NCBI GenBank assembly: GCA_009694955.1
Contig: SIBZ01000003.1
Coordinates: forward strand, 1-62,904
Direction: 5' to 3'
DNA length: 62,904 nucleotides
Source: Candidatus Tayloriibacteriota bacterium
Lineage (GTDB): Bacteria > Patescibacteriota > Minisyncoccia > Phycocordibacterales > UBA10002
The position numbers were made by a program, and so were the translations under genes. The notes under the pieces were generated by a model that was given only the letters and a program-made list of their open reading frames with translations, was not told the DNA's origin and searched no databases. Below are positions 26,424 to 36,180 of the stretch, piece after piece; the first letter of the stretch is position 1; each line of letters opens with the position of its first letter.

Positions 26424-27611
26424 CTATCGGCGCACACGATTGGCAAATGCTGACACCATTTCGATAAAGGGGTCATGGCTGTAAGAGGTACCTGTCCGTA
26501 TGAGTGGTGAGAGTGTACCGCCCTGCACGGGGATAATCCGGAATGGCGAAGACGAAATGGTAAACGAGCTCACGTCTCCCGAAGCAATCGCCTTCTTAAA
26601 AATCGGGAGTACATCATCGTCAGCCGTGAGAAAAAGTGTTTTTGGCAAAAATACCTCACCCGAGAAGTCGGAAAGCGTTTTCATGAATCGCGTTTGCCAG
26701 TCCTTGCCGGCGGTATCAAGCAGTTTCTTTGTCCGTTCAAACAATCTTCCGGTTCCCGCATCCTCGGCGTATAGCTTGAAAAGAGCCGAAGCTCCTCCTG
26801 CCGGGATATTAGTATCCTTCTTAAGCGAGCGGATGAGATGGTTCTTTCCGAACGGAAACGTCACCGTTTCAACCAATACGCCTTTTTTTGCGACTGAAAT
26901 TTCCGTCTGTTCCCCGCTGATATCCGCAAATAAGAAATTTTCTTCAGCCGGATACAGTTCGCGAAGCATAGCGAATGCGATAAGGGAGAACGAGTGGAAC
27001 GTCAGATGCTTTGCGTGCAAAAGTTGGGTGATGGTATCGGTAATTTTTTCGGTAACGCGCGGGACCGAAAAACCTCCGAGCACGGCGAATTCGGCCTCGT
27101 ATGCGAGCTTTCCATACGGAAGCGACGTCTCATATCCGTTCAGTACCGATTTGATAAGTTTCTGCTCAATTTGCGCGCTCCCTTTCGGGATATCTTTATC
27201 CTCCGACTCGGCATTTTTTTCCGATTCCTGAAGCAGTCCTGTAAATACGTCTTCCGTGATAAGCATGGGTTCTTTATTTCGCAACCGGAGGAAAAATGTC
27301 TTCGAAATCACCCACGGGGCGGAAAGCGAAATAAGCGCCTCCTGTATCCTGGGCCTGTGTGAGCCAAAACCCGCAACCTCAAAACCTTCATGAACAATTG
27401 CGAGCACTACTTGCGAGAGCGCGCGGAGCATAAGCGAGAGAAGCCGAAGCCCTGTAGCTTCTTCCTGAAATGGAATCTCACTACGGAAACTATAGAGTAG
27501 TGTCGGAGTATGGGTGGCCGATGTCAGGATAAGAGCGCCTCCGACGCTTCCGCTCCCAATATCAAAAACAAGAAAGACGTCACTATCCTTCTGTGGAGAG
27601 AAAAGAGACAT
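26424..27611 (-). CDS. Actin-like (ASKHA-fold, FtsA/PilM-like) ATPase, 395 aa
   Basis: FDIGSGSVGGA (phosphate 1) and FADISGEQTEISV (phosphate 2) motifs. Start moved to ATG 27611 (MSLFSPQ). Confidence 0.55.
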   Translation of the reverse strand: MSLFSPQKDSDVFLVFDIGSGSVGGALILTSATHTPTLLYSFRSEIPFQEEATGLRLLSLMLRALSQVVLAIVHEGFEVAGFGSHRPRIQEALISLSAPWVISKTFFLRLRNKEPMLITEDVFTGLLQESEKNAESEDKDIPKGSAQIEQKLIKSVLNGYETSLPYGKLAYEAEFAVLGGFSVPRVTEKITDTITQLLHAKHLTFHSFSLIAFAMLRELYPAEENFLFADISGEQTEISVAKKGVLVETVTFPFGKNHLIRSLKKDTNIPAGGASALFKLYAEDAGTGRLFERTKKLLDTAGKDWQTRFMKTLSDFSGEVFLPKTLFLTADDDVLPIFKKAIASGDVSSFTISSSPFRIIPVQGGTLSPLIRTGTSYSHDPFIEMVSAFANRVRR

Positions 27612-27710
27612 ACGGTAAGTATAACAAATAACTGAATAACTCATAACCGAACAACCCATTCCTTCGGAATCGGCCTTTTGTCATTCAGTGATTCAGTTAT
27701 CGGTTATAGG

Positions 27711-29606
27711 TCATTCCGTCAGTACAGCCTTAATCCGGCGGACTCCAGCAGAGACCGCTTCTTCCTTTGAAATCTTGAAAGCGCCAAGCACTCCGATATT
27801 TGTTACGTGCGGGCCTCCGCAGAATTCCTTTGAGTATGCTGTTTGGAGCGAGTCACCGATAAAGTAGACATTTACTTCATCACCGTATTTTTCGCCAAAA
27901 AAGTGAAGCGCTCCGGTTTTCTCGGCTTCCGCAAACGGCAAAATTACTTTCTGCATTGGGAGCTTTGCCTGAATCTTCTCATTCACGATATCCTCCACTC
28001 GCTTTTTCTCTTCGTCGGTCATCTTTCGGCCAAACGCAAAGTCAAAGCGTAATCGTTCCGGCGTGATGTTACTTCCCTTCTGCCGAACCTCTTCGCCAAG
28101 AACATCACGAAGCGCTTGATGTAAGAGATGAGTGGCGGTGTGGTATTTGACCGAAATCTCACTTGTGTCCGCAAGCCCACCCTTAAACTTTTTCTCGCTT
28201 CCTGCTCGCGAAATTTCATGATGCTTCCTGAGCTCTTCGTCAAAACCAGCGGTATCCACCGCTAGCCCTCTTTCAGGTGCAAGGTCGGTAATCATATCGA
28301 TAGGGAGTCCGTAAGAGGAAAACAGCATAAACGCGTCCTTTCCTGAAAGCATTTTTGATTCTACAACCTTTCCTGCAAGGCGGTTAAACTCCTTAAGGCC
28401 TGCGTCCAGTGTTTTACGGAATTTTTGTTCCTCGTTTCCGATTTCCTCCTCAATCATCGACTTTTTCTGTGCAAGTGAAGGGTATACGTCACTGTATGTT
28501 TCGACGATGGAAGACACGAGGTTTGGAAGAGTGTTTTCCTTAATTCCCAAAAGGTCCAAATGTCGGACCGCGCGACGAAGGAGACGCCTTGTGAAATATC
28601 CTTGGTCGGTATTTGAAGGATGTGCTCCATCGGCGATAAGGAAAACCGAGGCCCGCAAGTGCTCCGCCACGACGCGAAACGAGCGGAGGAAAGACGTATC
28701 GCCATACAATTTTCCCGAGGCGCTTTCCAGTGCCTTAGTGGTCGGAGTAAAGACATCAAGCGTAAACACATCGGCGTTGCCGCTTGAAGCAGCCGCAATA
28801 CGCTCAAGTCCTCCGCCAAAATCAACGTTCCGTTGCGGGAGTCTCTCGAATCCTTTATCAGTTTTCCGGTACTCCATAAACACAGAGTTTCCGATTTCCA
28901 TGAATCGGCCACAATCACAGTTCGGATGGCAAAAGTCGCCGAATCCAGGCAAAATGCACTTCTCGCCACTATCGGGGTAGAAGTCGAAAAAAATCTCACA
29001 GTCGGGGCCTCCCGGCTCGCCAGCGGGCATATTCTCGGGAACACCCGCGCGCGACCACCAATTTTTCCTCGCGTTGTAGTAAAAAATACGTCCACCTTGC
29101 ATCCCGTTCCTCCCTCCCAGCTCCTCGGTAAGGAGCGCGACCACGCAAGCCTCGATATCGCGTTCACCAAATAGGGTTTGCAATACCTCCACCGATTCTG
29201 CGTCTTGTGGAATGCCGTTTTTTTCGTCCCCTGCGAAGGCCGTGAAATAAAGGCGGCTCGGGTCAAGTCCGATAGTAGCAGTCAAGAATTCAAAAACAAA
29301 ACGGAGTTGCTCCTTCTTAAAATAATCGCCGAGTGACCAGTTTCCGAGCATTTCAAAAAAGGTCGTGTGTCGGTTGTCGCCCACCTCCTCAATATCCTGC
29401 GCGCGGAAGCACTTCTGGGAATCCGCAATCCGCGCTCCCGACGGGTGATTCGCGCCCAAAAGATATGGCACCATCGGTTGCATACCCGAACCGGTAAAAA
29501 GTGTCGTCGGGTCATTTTCGGGGACGAGCATAGCGCTCGGGACAATGGCGTGCCCTTTTGACTTGAAAAACTCGAGGTATTTCCTGCGAACTTCAGCGAC
29601 GGTCAT
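27711..29606 (-). CDS. alaS: Alanyl-tRNA synthetase, short form lacking the C-terminal C-Ala/DHHA1 region
   Basis: Class II catalytic core (FTGSGMQP, RH.TFFEMLGNWS) and editing-domain motifs HTATHLLH and CGGPHV. 631 aa. Confidence 0.92.
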   Translation of the reverse strand: MTVAEVRRKYLEFFKSKGHAIVPSAMLVPENDPTTLFTGSGMQPMVPYLLGANHPSGARIADSQKCFRAQDIEEVGDNRHTTFFEMLGNWSLGDYFKKEQLRFVFEFLTATIGLDPSRLYFTAFAGDEKNGIPQDAESVEVLQTLFGERDIEACVVALLTEELGGRNGMQGGRIFYYNARKNWWSRAGVPENMPAGEPGGPDCEIFFDFYPDSGEKCILPGFGDFCHPNCDCGRFMEIGNSVFMEYRKTDKGFERLPQRNVDFGGGLERIAAASSGNADVFTLDVFTPTTKALESASGKLYGDTSFLRSFRVVAEHLRASVFLIADGAHPSNTDQGYFTRRLLRRAVRHLDLLGIKENTLPNLVSSIVETYSDVYPSLAQKKSMIEEEIGNEEQKFRKTLDAGLKEFNRLAGKVVESKMLSGKDAFMLFSSYGLPIDMITDLAPERGLAVDTAGFDEELRKHHEISRAGSEKKFKGGLADTSEISVKYHTATHLLHQALRDVLGEEVRQKGSNITPERLRFDFAFGRKMTDEEKKRVEDIVNEKIQAKLPMQKVILPFAEAEKTGALHFFGEKYGDEVNVYFIGDSLQTAYSKEFCGGPHVTNIGVLGAFKISKEEAVSAGVRRIKAVLTE

Positions 29607-29684
29607 TTCGATATCCTAGCGCATTTTCGGGCAATAAAAAAGCCACCGGCAGTAGAGCCAGTGTTGGTGTAGAACACGTTCGCA

Positions 29685-29993
29685 TTATTTTGCCTCTGTT
29701 GCCTTCGCAATGGCGGCAACGTTGATAAGGGTCGGAGTAATCAGCTTTTGAAACTCGCCAGCAGTTGTCTGTGAACCAACAGTATTGCCACTCGCCGTCT
29801 CCTTCGCGGCCCACTCGAGAATTGCCATGGCGTGGTCAAATAGCTCTCGCTTAGTTCGCAGTCCGGTTCGTCCCATAATTTCACCGATTTGCCCTAGTCG
29901 ACATTCGAGTATTTCTACCTGAAAGCGAACCGTTGGCTGTTTGTGAAGTTCTGGATTTGAAGTTCGTCGGCGCCGCTTTTTTTCTTCGCTCAT
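29685..29993 (-). CDS. Possible ribbon-helix-helix DNA-binding protein, 102 aa
   Basis: Basic N-terminus, TVRFQVEI strand, then helices (RTKRELFDHAMAILEWA). ATG 29993 preferred over the track start at 30092. Confidence 0.4.
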   Translation of the reverse strand: MSEEKKRRRRTSNPELHKQPTVRFQVEILECRLGQIGEIMGRTGLRTKRELFDHAMAILEWAAKETASGNTVGSQTTAGEFQKLITPTLINVAAIAKATEAK

Positions 29994-30116
29994 ATCTTCT
30001 CTCGGTTGAGGATTTACTTCCGGTATAAAAACAGAAAAGACATCGATTGTCAAGGAAGGAAAACGATTATCGCGACGGTACATTTTTAGCACATAGCCAC
30101 GGCTGTGGCGATGTCG

Positions 30117-30377
30117 CTAAATCAATTTGGTGCCCTCGGCGAGAAGAAGCTTGCGCTTTTCTGAGGTGCCACCACGGTTGTAGTCTCCAAGAGAGCCGTC
30201 GCTTTTAGTAACGCGATGGCAGGGAATCTTAGGGTCAAAGTTGGTTTTGAGGACGGAACCGACCGCGCGAAAGGCGCGTGGTGAGCCGATTTTCTCGGCT
30301 ACTTGTTTGTAGGTTAACGTCTTTCCCTTTGGGATTTTTTGTACAACGGCAAAGACTTTTTGGGAGAAGGAGGTCAT
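30117..30377 (-). CDS. MGMT-family protein (O6-alkylguanine-DNA alkyltransferase C-terminal domain only), 86 aa
   Basis: PCHRV active-site motif, in IPCHRVTKSDGSLGDYNRGG. Confidence 0.8.
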   Translation of the reverse strand: MTSFSQKVFAVVQKIPKGKTLTYKQVAEKIGSPRAFRAVGSVLKTNFDPKIPCHRVTKSDGSLGDYNRGGTSEKRKLLLAEGTKLI

Positions 30378-30434
30378 AAAAACAAAAGCACCCCACCTCA
30401 GTCCTCCCCTCTAAAGAGTGGGAGGAGGTAAGAA

Positions 30435-31292
30435 CTAAAACAACGAAGCGGTGGGAGAAGAATCAGTCACTTTTGATTTTGGCTTAGTCAATTTTTCTGA
30501 AGATCCATTAGCAGAAGCAAAAGAAACCTCGGCAGCAGCCTTACGGTAATTGCAGTAGTCACAGAGTTTTGCCGGAGTGGGCACCTCATCCGAATCCAAG
30601 CATTTCTTTATTTCAAGCAGGGTCGGTTCAACCCAATCGGTTTTACCGGTATAGGGAATAATCTTTACGTCAAACTCGAGTTTGGCATCGAACGCTTCCC
30701 TATCCGTTTTGCCATTCACGTAGACAAAGTATCCCGTATCGGAAACCTTAAAGCCATTTTGGCGGAAGAGCCATTGATAGGTTTCCATTTGTCGCTTGTA
30801 TCCGTCCTGCCAGTCCGCATCAAGACTGACCTCGCCGTCCTTGCTAGTCGCTTTATAGTCCACCACGATAAGCTCACCGCTCGGGTACACCCAGACATCA
30901 TCAACTCCGCCCCGCACCAGAAAGCCCGTAGGCGCGTGATGAGTGCTGACACCGGCGCGTAGCGAGTCGCGCCACTCCTCTATCTTTGGATGCTGAAGCG
31001 GCACGGCATCAATTCTGTACTCCTTCATAAGTGGATGTGCGGTTCCCTTAGCGCGATGTCCATCAAATTCCTTTTTCAGGAGCTTATCAACAGCGCTGTT
31101 CAGGTTAAACGGAAATCCCGGCGGTCGTGCTACACCAAGCTTGTTATCCACATAAAAACAGCGTGAACACTGCATAAAGAGGTCAATTTTTGACCTCGAA
31201 AGCTTCCAGTTTGGCCCGCCGTAATTCCAGTCGGGCTTTCGGTGAGGTTTGTAGTATTCGGACATAACTCTGCGAGAATAATCAATAGCCAA
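30435..31292 (-). CDS. PD-(D/E)XK nuclease family protein with four Cas4/AddB-style cysteines
   Basis: The VVDYKATSK core (D..(D/E)xK pattern), a QMETYQWL segment, CSRC near the N-terminus and CDYC near the C-terminus. Confidence 0.6.
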   Translation of the reverse strand: MAIDYSRRVMSEYYKPHRKPDWNYGGPNWKLSRSKIDLFMQCSRCFYVDNKLGVARPPGFPFNLNSAVDKLLKKEFDGHRAKGTAHPLMKEYRIDAVPLQHPKIEEWRDSLRAGVSTHHAPTGFLVRGGVDDVWVYPSGELIVVDYKATSKDGEVSLDADWQDGYKRQMETYQWLFRQNGFKVSDTGYFVYVNGKTDREAFDAKLEFDVKIIPYTGKTDWVEPTLLEIKKCLDSDEVPTPAKLCDYCNYRKAAAEVSFASANGSSEKLTKPKSKVTDSSPTASLF

Positions 31293-31360
31293 TTATCAAC
31301 AATCAAAAATCAATCCAGCCCTGCCAATTGGTGATTGGGTATTGGTGTTTAATTATTACC

Positions 31361-32200
31361 TTATGCCGGACATATCGCATTACTTTCCGCTTCAACTTCT
31401 CCAATGAGATGGTCAGGAAATCCGAGTGCGCGGAGTCTGTCCTTGTTGTCACGTACACTCTCGCAAAGCACAATCCCCTGTTCCATAAGTGTCTGCTTCT
31501 GGCTGTCGGAGAGGGTTGTAAGACAGGTAATCGGATGTACACCCGTTTGTTCAATAAAGTCGTGCAGATTTCCCGTTTTCGGGTAATTCCAACCAAGAAG
31601 TCTCATTCCACTACATTCGGCGTATCGTACCGCCTTCTCCGTAAACTTGGTGTTGGTAATCAACCATCCCTCATCAAGCTTCCGCTCCTTTCCGTACTGA
31701 AAGGTAGAAGCCATCAAATCGTCAATGCGTGCCTTCACATAGAGCACCACCTTCAGGTCTGACTTGTACGCCAACTCGTGATGATACTTCGCCTCGGACA
31801 TAATCAGCTTGTCCGCATTCCATGCGACAATATCGATTTCGTGGTCGACACACTTACCCTGCACTATCTGGTCAATTTGCACCGAAAAGCCTTTTCGCTT
31901 GAATATCTCACCCACCAGTTTCTCGAAGGGAAATCCGGTCGGTCCAAGGGCCAGAAGTGAACGCCTGAGGGAATAGCGTACCGCGGCGGATTTCTCTCTG
32001 GCGCGCAACACTGAAAAAGCGTGGCGATAAATATCGTCGGTGGTCATTCCGCTTACGAGCTCCTTACGCACATGTTCCGCCACGGCTGAAGCAATGTCCT
32101 CGTCGGCTCCCGAAACCCGGAGTGATTCCGCGAGCTTTGAGAGGTCAAAGCTTTCGCGTGTTCCATCCGCCTTAACGATTTCGACTGTGTTCTCAGGCAT
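31361..32200 (-). CDS. ATP-cone domain fused to a restriction-endonuclease-like (Mrr-type) domain
   Basis: N-terminal V.K.DG..E.F...KL..SL ATP-cone pattern, then GFPFEKLVGEIF..KGF and HEIDIVAW...LIMSEAKYH (D..ExK). Confidence 0.65.
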   Translation of the reverse strand: MPENTVEIVKADGTRESFDLSKLAESLRVSGADEDIASAVAEHVRKELVSGMTTDDIYRHAFSVLRAREKSAAVRYSLRRSLLALGPTGFPFEKLVGEIFKRKGFSVQIDQIVQGKCVDHEIDIVAWNADKLIMSEAKYHHELAYKSDLKVVLYVKARIDDLMASTFQYGKERKLDEGWLITNTKFTEKAVRYAECSGMRLLGWNYPKTGNLHDFIEQTGVHPITCLTTLSDSQKQTLMEQGIVLCESVRDNKDRLRALGFPDHLIGEVEAESNAICPA

Positions 32201-32271
32201 ACGGGTAGTATACCTCCCGGAGCTTTCGGCTACTAGATGCCCACTGTGAGCAAGCTACTTTCCGAAAACTT

Positions 32272-33360
32272 TTACGCGATACTACCTCCTCCGATAAGGA
32301 TATCGCCGTCATAGAGTACGAGCGACTGCCCTGGGGCAACAGTTTGCTTGGACACAAACCGAAGTATGAATTTCGAGTTATGCATTTTAAGTACAGCCTG
32401 TTGAAGTGATTGGCGATAGCGGGTCCTGACATTGTATGCTTTTCCGTTCTGCGGTGCGGTAAGCCAGTTACAGTCCCTAACAGCAACCTCAGTAACGGTT
32501 CCATCAAGGACACCTTGGGGGGATTTTTGGGAAACAGTGAGTGTATTTTTTTTGACATCCTTTCCTATAACGTAATACGGCTGACTCCCCAGGAGTACGT
32601 TGGTACGCTTGCAGCTCTTCACTGCCTCAAAGGAGAGACGCTCTCCAATGGTAACGAACTCGACGCCCTCATGTCCGCCGATGACTTTTCCGTGCTCGTC
32701 CAGGACCTTTCCTTTCTTCGGTTTGATGTAGTACGAAAGAAATTCCTTCATATCCACCTTGCCGATGAAGCAGAGCCCCTGACTATCTTTTTTATCGGCA
32801 GTGATGAGTCCGAATTTTTTCGCGAGCTTCCGCACCTCTGGTTTTTTCAAGTCGCCGACGGGGAACAGGATATGCGGGAGTTGCTCTTTTTTGATTTGCC
32901 AGAGGAAGTAACTCTGGTCCTTTTCTTTATTTGTAGACGCTAGAAGCTGAAACCTAGAACCTGAAAGCTTCCTAACTCGCGCGTAATGCCCAGTGGCGAT
33001 GTAGTCAGCACCATTTGCAAGTGCATACTTGTAAAACCCGCCAAACTTTATGAAACGATTGCACATCACATCCGGATTAGGGGTCTTCCCCATCTTATAT
33101 TCGCGTATCATGTAGTCCACGACCTCCTTCTTGTACTCCTTTTCAAGGTCCAATTCCACGAAGGGAATACTAAGTTTTGCGCAGACCCTCATTGCGTCGA
33201 GACGGTCGTCTTTCCATGTACATTCAAAAAAGTCCGGTTGCCACACGCGAATGAAAACGCCGGTAACATCATAGCCGGTGTTTTTGAGTAACAGTGCTGA
33301 AACCGAACTGTCGACTCCTCCCGAAAGCCCAACGAACACTTTTTTGCCCTTTTCGTGCAT
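32272..33360 (-). CDS. mnmA: tRNA 2-thiouridine(34) synthase
   Basis: VGLSGGVDSSVSA PP-loop, TGHYAR and DQSYFL motifs. Confidence 0.93.
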   Translation of the reverse strand: MHEKGKKVFVGLSGGVDSSVSALLLKNTGYDVTGVFIRVWQPDFFECTWKDDRLDAMRVCAKLSIPFVELDLEKEYKKEVVDYMIREYKMGKTPNPDVMCNRFIKFGGFYKYALANGADYIATGHYARVRKLSGSRFQLLASTNKEKDQSYFLWQIKKEQLPHILFPVGDLKKPEVRKLAKKFGLITADKKDSQGLCFIGKVDMKEFLSYYIKPKKGKVLDEHGKVIGGHEGVEFVTIGERLSFEAVKSCKRTNVLLGSQPYYVIGKDVKKNTLTVSQKSPQGVLDGTVTEVAVRDCNWLTAPQNGKAYNVRTRYRQSLQQAVLKMHNSKFILRFVSKQTVAPGQSLVLYDGDILIGGGSIA

Positions 33361-33434
33361 TGCTACGTTATAGCAGAAGTCCAGAATATTGACAAATCAC
33401 CCTTTTTATATTATTTGACACGCCTACGCCTCAA

Positions 33435-34493
33435 TTACTTCCCTAAATACTTCGCCCGATTTGTCAGGTGCTCCGCGTGCGTCCTCGCATAATGCATCAC
33501 ACCTTCGCTGTCGGTGAGGTAGTACAGATAGACTGTCTTGTTTGGGTGCACAGAGGCAGAAATCGCATCGAAACTTGGGTTATTGATGGGTCCTGGTGGA
33601 AGTCCCGCGTACTTATACGTATTGTAGGGAGAATCAACCTTCAGGTCCTCGGTTGTCACTTCAAACGTATTTTTCCCGAGAATATAGGGGAACACAGCAT
33701 CCACCTGAAGGAGCATACCCAGTTCCATTCGGCGCCACAGAATTCCGGAAATCTCCCTCCGCGTTTCGGATGTCCTTGCTTCGCCCTCGATAAGAGAGGC
33801 CATTATTAGAATATCCTGCGGGGTCTTACCTGAGCGTTCAAGAGCAGTCCTCAACGGCAGAATCCGCTTCTCGAAATTTTGTGTAAGCTCCGTGATAATG
33901 TCTTCTTCGGTCGCATTCTGCTGGAACACGTAGGTATCTGGGAATAAATATCCTTCTTTTTTCTTCGTGAGTTCGACAAAACGCACACGGTCAAGTCTTG
34001 GAAGTGATTTCACTAGTAGCGATGCAACCTCGGCATTCGAGAGACCTTCCGGAATAGTCACGCGGATTTCCGATACGTTTTGAATTCCACCGGAAAAGCG
34101 CTTTGCCACTTCATAGACAGAAATCGGGTCGGAAAAATGGTACTCTCCTGCCTTGAGGCCACTGTTTCCGCCAAGGAGCAGACTAAGTATCTTAAACAAG
34201 AACGATGAGCGAATAACTTCCTTTTCCTCGAGCAAAACCGCGGTTTCGCTTATCGTCATTCCCTTCGGTATCGTAACGACAAAACCCGACGGAAAGGCCG
34301 AAGGTGGAGTTTGGGCGAAAACAAGTACCGAGAAAACAGCGACAACAAGCACTCCCCCTCCTATGCAGATTCGCCACAAAAAGCTTCCCGTTCGCCTTAC
34401 CTTAGGTTCATGAGCCGCGTCTTTTTGCTCAAGCAGAGAATCAAGAGCGGAATCAACGCTTGTGGTTTCTTCGTTATGTGACATTTCAGGCAT
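33435..34493 (-). CDS. mltG: Endolytic murein transglycosylase (YceG-like)
   Basis: N-terminal TM anchor, SLIEGEA and YNTY...GLPPGPI.NP motifs. Confidence 0.88.
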   Translation of the reverse strand: MPEMSHNEETTSVDSALDSLLEQKDAAHEPKVRRTGSFLWRICIGGGVLVVAVFSVLVFAQTPPSAFPSGFVVTIPKGMTISETAVLLEEKEVIRSSFLFKILSLLLGGNSGLKAGEYHFSDPISVYEVAKRFSGGIQNVSEIRVTIPEGLSNAEVASLLVKSLPRLDRVRFVELTKKKEGYLFPDTYVFQQNATEEDIITELTQNFEKRILPLRTALERSGKTPQDILIMASLIEGEARTSETRREISGILWRRMELGMLLQVDAVFPYILGKNTFEVTTEDLKVDSPYNTYKYAGLPPGPINNPSFDAISASVHPNKTVYLYYLTDSEGVMHYARTHAEHLTNRAKYLGK

Positions 34494-34511
34494 GCGGAAA
34501 ATTCAAAAGCA

Positions 34512-35978
34512 TTATACCGGCAAGTTTGCCGGTGGCTCCACCTTCTTGGACGGAATGCGTTCGAAGGTCGGCGTGGTGACAACCTGGCCCGGGATGTGGT
34601 AAATGGTGGCCAACTCTTCGCATGTCAGTATAAAGGGTCGTGATTTCCAATTCCGGAATGGCGCGTAAAAGAAGGAACGTCGGCGGAAAGCATCAATGAA
34701 ATATGTGGCATACTTTGTAATATAGATTTTCATCATCTTCTCTTTAAGCCCGAAGAGAAAAAGAAAATCTTTCGTCGAATCTTGAAGGTCAGTCCACGAG
34801 TTGGCGTCAAGCTTGAATCCATTAAGCAGGTTTGAATTAAACGGCTTTCGGAAGGTACCGAGAAGACCAGAAATACTTGAGGAAATGAGGTGAAAGGCTT
34901 CTTTCTCTGCGTGGTAGCAAAGTCTGATGGAACAGAGGAAGGCTCGCTTGTCGAGGCTCCGTTCGATAGCCTCCACCTGCTTTTTTTCCCCCTCGGTGAG
35001 GGTCGGGATAATAGGAAAGCCGGTTGCAGTCTGAGAACGCGAGCTTTTGGTCTTCGGGTCACGCCTCATGATCTTGTTCACCTCAGCGTGGCCTTCCGCA
35101 ATCCAATCCTTGTCCTTGAACATCTGTCCTTCTTTAATTCCGCGGATTTTGTACGCCTGCGAGAGTATCTGAATCCAGACCTCCTCGCCTTTTTTCATTG
35201 AACCAAGGTACTCGAGCAGTGTCGAAAGCGGGTCGACCTTATATTCCTCCTCGGTTTCCTTATCGAGGCCGTAGTCAATATAGGTCATAATCGGATACGG
35301 GTCGGGCTTTTGGAGAATAAAGTGGGTTCCCCACATAAAATTGTTGGGTGGGTCGTATACCTTTTTCTTGGTGTAGTCTTCAGACTCGACGATTTCAACT
35401 GTTGGGTACTGGGCGTACATCTGCGCCTCAAAAGAATTACGGTACTTCGCCCATGTCCAAACATAGAAATGGATATCACCTCCGAACGAGGCAATCTCAT
35501 ACGAAAACCATGGACGCACTTTTCCGTCCCAATACGTTTCCACGTAATCGACGCTCCCCGTCTCGTACATGGCCATAAAGAAAAGCTCCATCGCCTTTGG
35601 GGTTTTTTCTATTATCTTCGGTATCCTGATTTCCAGAAGCACTTCTCCGACCCTCCCCAAGAAACCCAGCCGAATATATTTAAGCCACAATTCCAGGAAA
35701 ATTTTCAACAAAAAAAGTGGGAGCCAAATCGGATACCATGTGTAAATGAAGCCGGAAACTTGCCACCATAACGTACCCAGGGGAATGCGGACTCCCTTAG
35801 CATACACGTACAAGCCGATGGCGAAGGTTGTCAGTCCTGAACCCACCAGGAGAAACCAGAGTCCCTTGCCGTGGCCGTGAGGCATAGCGAACATTTCATG
35901 AGCAAGTTCACCCGCGATTTCAACGAGTTCCTCCGCGTAATGCATACAGCGATGCCAAAGAGTATGTTTGTGAGCCAT
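34512..35978 (-). CDS. Large membrane-associated hypothetical protein, 488 aa
   Basis: ORF track. His-rich N-terminus, 3-4 TM segments, then about 370 aa of soluble region. No family recognised. Confidence 0.6.
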   Translation of the reverse strand: MAHKHTLWHRCMHYAEELVEIAGELAHEMFAMPHGHGKGLWFLLVGSGLTTFAIGLYVYAKGVRIPLGTLWWQVSGFIYTWYPIWLPLFLLKIFLELWLKYIRLGFLGRVGEVLLEIRIPKIIEKTPKAMELFFMAMYETGSVDYVETYWDGKVRPWFSYEIASFGGDIHFYVWTWAKYRNSFEAQMYAQYPTVEIVESEDYTKKKVYDPPNNFMWGTHFILQKPDPYPIMTYIDYGLDKETEEEYKVDPLSTLLEYLGSMKKGEEVWIQILSQAYKIRGIKEGQMFKDKDWIAEGHAEVNKIMRRDPKTKSSRSQTATGFPIIPTLTEGEKKQVEAIERSLDKRAFLCSIRLCYHAEKEAFHLISSSISGLLGTFRKPFNSNLLNGFKLDANSWTDLQDSTKDFLFLFGLKEKMMKIYITKYATYFIDAFRRRSFFYAPFRNWKSRPFILTCEELATIYHIPGQVVTTPTFERIPSKKVEPPANLPV

Positions 35979-36132
35979 GATTGATTTTTAAGGAGTACAA
36001 CGATAATCCGGCAGTTTCAGGTGAGGTGATTAAGAACCTATACTCCACTTCGCTCCAGTAGGTTCTATAAGTATACCAAGTGTACGCAAAACAAAAAACT
36101 CTCTCGTCCCTGCTCTGCAGGGTCGAACAAAC

Positions 36133-36160
36133 AAAAAACATCCCCTCGGGGATGTTTTTT
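36133..36160 (-). terminator. Bidirectional-looking intrinsic terminator after the sigma-r4/HARE-HTH gene
   Basis: A6-catcccc-tc-ggggatg-T6. A second hairpin, ccctgc-agag-caggg, lies just beyond it. Confidence 0.7.
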
Positions 36161-36180
36161 GTTCTAGTCGTGCACTCCTG

